Assembly (NCBI GenBank): GCA_032718475.1
Contig: JAUCBJ010001140.1
Span: forward strand, 133,054 to 197,053
From: Nemertoderma westbladi
Lineage: Eukaryota > Animalia > Xenacoelomorpha
Length of the DNA: 64,000 nucleotides
Direction of reading: 5' to 3'
The notes beneath the pieces were generated by a model that searched no databases, had not been told where the DNA came from, and was given only the letters and a program-made list of their open reading frames with translations. Made by a program: the position numbers and the translations under genes. Below are positions 60,917 through 64,000 of this stretch, one piece after another (positions within the stretch are counted from its first letter, which is position 1; the number at the start of each line of letters is the position of its first letter).

Positions 60917-63530
60917 CATGACCTACTATAATACGACCTGGTATGCTGCAGCAGCCCACTAAATTTAGTGGGCCTACTTGATTCTCTTTATAAAAAATGG
61001 TTGTTTCTTAATTACTTCCTACAAGAAGCTTCTAATAACTTAGTTAAATAAAGAAATTAATTAAAGAGAAATCAGGAGTTCTCTACGCTGTCGCTTGTCT
61101 GTCCTTTATTATGTTTTATGCCTACAACTGTACTGTCACTCACTGTTAGTCAGTTAGTTCAGTAGTTACCGGTATCTGATAGCCTCGGTCCTGTAGTCTA
61201 TTATGTATTACTGTATTATTTCTGTGTAGTGTTATTATTGCATAATTTGCAATAATATGCTGTATTCTGGTATTGGCCATACAGCAATAATACGTAATAC
61301 TGTAATAGAGTTGCTGCACTCGGCCTGTCGACGCAGCCGGTGGCCGGCGTCGAAATATTTTTATTACTGTATTAGGGCCTATCTGCCTATTGTATTATTA
61401 CTGTATTATCGGTAGGCCTAATTATTAATACTTTTTTTACACCTGGCAGCCTGGCTGAGCATTTCACAGAGCCGGCGCAGGATTTTGTGCACCGGGCCAC
61501 CCCCACCTGGCGTGGCTTCGCACTGATCCGGCGCAAGATTTTTTGCACCAGGCGGCGCAAGATTTTTTGCACCAGGCGCCGCGTTCGGCGCAGGAAATAA
61601 AACTTTTCAACAGGGCCCGTACCGCCGTACCTACCTGCCTAGCCTACTATATCTACAGACCAGTTTGGCATCAGTTGGACGACATATACACTCCGTCCAC
61701 CGTCAGTCCGTCCGTTTTTGCCTCTTTGTTATAGGCTAGGCTTCTATTAGGCCTACCTGATTACACTACCAACTACCAGTAGGCTAAATTTATATTGCTG
61801 TATTTAACTAAATATATAATGGTTGGAAAGTGTTGCGTAGTTGGGTGTAGGTCGGGATATTCGTCAGAAGCTTCGCCAGGAACTGGAACTCCCTCAATGT
61901 TTAGTTTCCCGAAACAACCCGATGTGCGGTGCCGGTGGATCCAGTTTATGTCGAATAGAGCCAGTACAACGACATCGTCTGCCACAGTGACATCGCCATG
62001 GGCCCCATCTGATCACTCCAAGGTGTGTATTTTACATTTTGAGGATCAATGGATCAACAGGAATGCCCAACGTTTAACGCTAAAATCCGGTGCGTTTCCT
62101 TCGATATACCCGGCCTGTATCCCTGTATCCTCTATAAAACAAGTAACTCTTGAAAACCCTTGAAACGAGTGTATCAGCGGGATGAGATGGAAGAGTTCAG
62201 TAAGAGAACTCGAGTTTTGTCTCTTACTGATATCCGGTTGTATTTAGAGGCGTCGATTGAGTTTGAGGAGTACGAGGTAAAAGTCAATGAGAATTCCGTG
62301 TCGATCTTTAGGTTGATCTTTAGTTTAGGCATTCCTTCAGTACACGAATGTCTCACTATTGATGACGACCTTCATGTTCACCTTTCCTATGAGGGTGTCC
62401 CTCTTCCACTACCATCATGGTTGCGAGCAACTCATAACTGTATAATAACATCAACAACTGTTATTTCCGAACTACTCAATTACTGCCGGACTAATAAGGA
62501 TGAATCTGACTCAGTTATTCGGAGTCTGTTGGCCTTAAAGTTGTCCAAACCTAAAGGTCGCCCAAAGTACACGGCTGAGCAGATCAGATTCGCATTGCTA
62601 CTCCGGTACACCTCGGTTAATGCGTATAAGATACTCGCAACTCAAGTCCCTCTTCCTTCGCTGAGACTTCTCCGAAGTATTACATCTGGAAACGTAGACT
62701 CGATGGCTGCATTAACTGCTCTCAGAACCTCGGGAAAGATCTCTAACGATGTTGTGTTGATCGTGGATGAGATTATATTGCAACAGCAGGAAATGTATAG
62801 CGACGGACATTTATACGGGAAAGATTCTGATTCGGACAAACTTTACACTGGACTTATGTGTTATATGGTGTCGTCAATGAAACAGTCGATCCCAGTTATT
62901 ATTCACGCTGTTCCGGTGGTTACTGCCAATAAAGAGGTTATTAAGACGGGGATTGAGACATGTAGAAAGTTAATATCACAAACTAAATTTAACTTGCTTG
63001 CTGTTATTGGTGATAATGCGCCTGTTAATGTTGCTGCTTATAGCAAACTGTCAGAATCTATGGACATAAATGCGCCTCACTTAATGTATGACCCGGTTCA
63101 TATTCTTAAGAATATTCGAAACAACCTTGCTTCAATGGGATGGTTTAAGATCAATAAGTCATTTAAATACTCTCTTAATAGCACGGTATATACTGTTCCT
63201 CCCGGTGTTATTAAATGGCAACATTTAATGGCAAACAAGGTCGAGGAACGGGACAGTTGCACTTCCTCACATCTACGATTGGCATTAGCAGCAGCGCTTG
63301 CATTACTCCAACACTTTTGTGTCAACTCGGAGTTTAGATTTGGCTGTGACGCTCACACGGCAGTTAACAAGAACATTGTATTTAGAACTGTTGTTAATGT
63401 GTTTGGTAACAACAAGTGTATTGATGAGTCACAGTCAGTGCGAGAGGATTCCGTTAAAATATTCAAAACACGCCAGCGAGAAAAAAAGCTTGAAATAAAA
63501 AAAGTTTAAATCTCGGACAGACGTGACTTT
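60917..63530 (+). mobile_element. Second P-like element, decayed; right end not seen in the window
   Basis: Putative left end CATGACCTACTATAATACGACC..GCAGCCCA resembles the TIR of the 8060 element (CAAGGCCACCTATAATACAGGCC..GCAGCCCA); contains a THAP-transposase pseudogene. Confidence 0.6.
61819..63509 (+). pseudogene. Frameshifted, internally deleted P-element/THAP9-like transposase
   Basis: THAP (MVGKCCVVGC..FSFP..W..VCILHF..AFPSI) in 61819-62163 with a frameshift at ~62160. Then LIVDEI, VIGDNAPVN and YDPVHILKNIRNN, followed by a jump to a C-terminal segment that lacks the third catalytic Glu region. Confidence 0.85.
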
Positions 63531-63532
63531 AT

Positions 63533-64000
63533 TGAGATATTTCTCTACAGAGGGGTCACATAGTTGAGTCCGAGCCCAGAGAGACTCTTTACACTGAGAT
63601 ATTTCTCTACAGGGGGGTCACATGATTGAGTCCGAGCCCGGAGAGACTCTTTAAAACTGAGATATTTCTCTACAAGGGGGGTCACACGTTGAGTCCGAGC
63701 CCGGAGAGACTCTTTAGACTGAGATATTTCTCTACAGGGGGGGGTCACAGATTGAGTCCGAGCCCGGAGAGACTCTTTAAACTGAGATATTTCTCTACAG
63801 GGGGGGGGGGGGGGGGGGTCACACGATTGAGTCCGAGCCCGGAGAGACTCTTTAACTGAGATATTTCTCTACAGGGGGGTCACAGATTGAGTCCGAGCCC
63901 GGATAGACTCTTTAAACTGAGATATTTCTCTACAGGGGGGTCACAGTTGAGTCCGAGCCCGGAGAGACTCTTTAAACTGAGATATTTCTCTACAGGGGGG
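63533..64000 (+). repeat. ~60-bp minisatellite running off the window end
   Basis: Unit CTGAGATATTTCTCTACAG(G)nTCACA.ATTGAGTCCGAGCCCGGAGAGACTCTTTAAA, ~8 copies with a variable G-run. Confidence 0.92.

Overview
AT-rich, repeat-dense eukaryotic DNA, most likely from an invertebrate animal, made up mostly of transposable elements and tandem repeats. Bases 124-11907 form a nested stack. A TA-flanked TIR element contains a HINE/Helentron-like insert, a possible tyrosine-recombinase relic and a GC-rich, 3'-truncated Gypsy (Mag-like) gag-pol. The Gypsy 5' LTR is in turn interrupted by an apparently intact autonomous P-superfamily (THAP-DDE) transposon with 89-bp TIRs and a perfect 8-bp TSD. Downstream lie a decayed RTE-like LINE, a head-to-tail dimer of a non-autonomous Helitron carrying 146-bp repeats with CTCF-like motifs, two Mutator/foldback elements (9-bp TSDs) and several hAT- and mariner-type MITEs. 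There is also an intact, intronless 559-aa ORF with a coiled coil + NADAR-like + RS-rich + SGNH-like architecture. A Cys-rich terminal exon on the minus strand (41473-41664) sits next to an ~18.6-kb 33/34-bp satellite. On the gene's sense strand most satellite units read AG|AACACG|GTAAGTAT, i.e. a 5' splice site complementary to the U1 snRNA 5' end preceded by a potential 6-nt in-frame micro-exon. The window ends with a second, decayed P-like element and a ~60-bp minisatellite. All calls were made by eye; no database searches were run.
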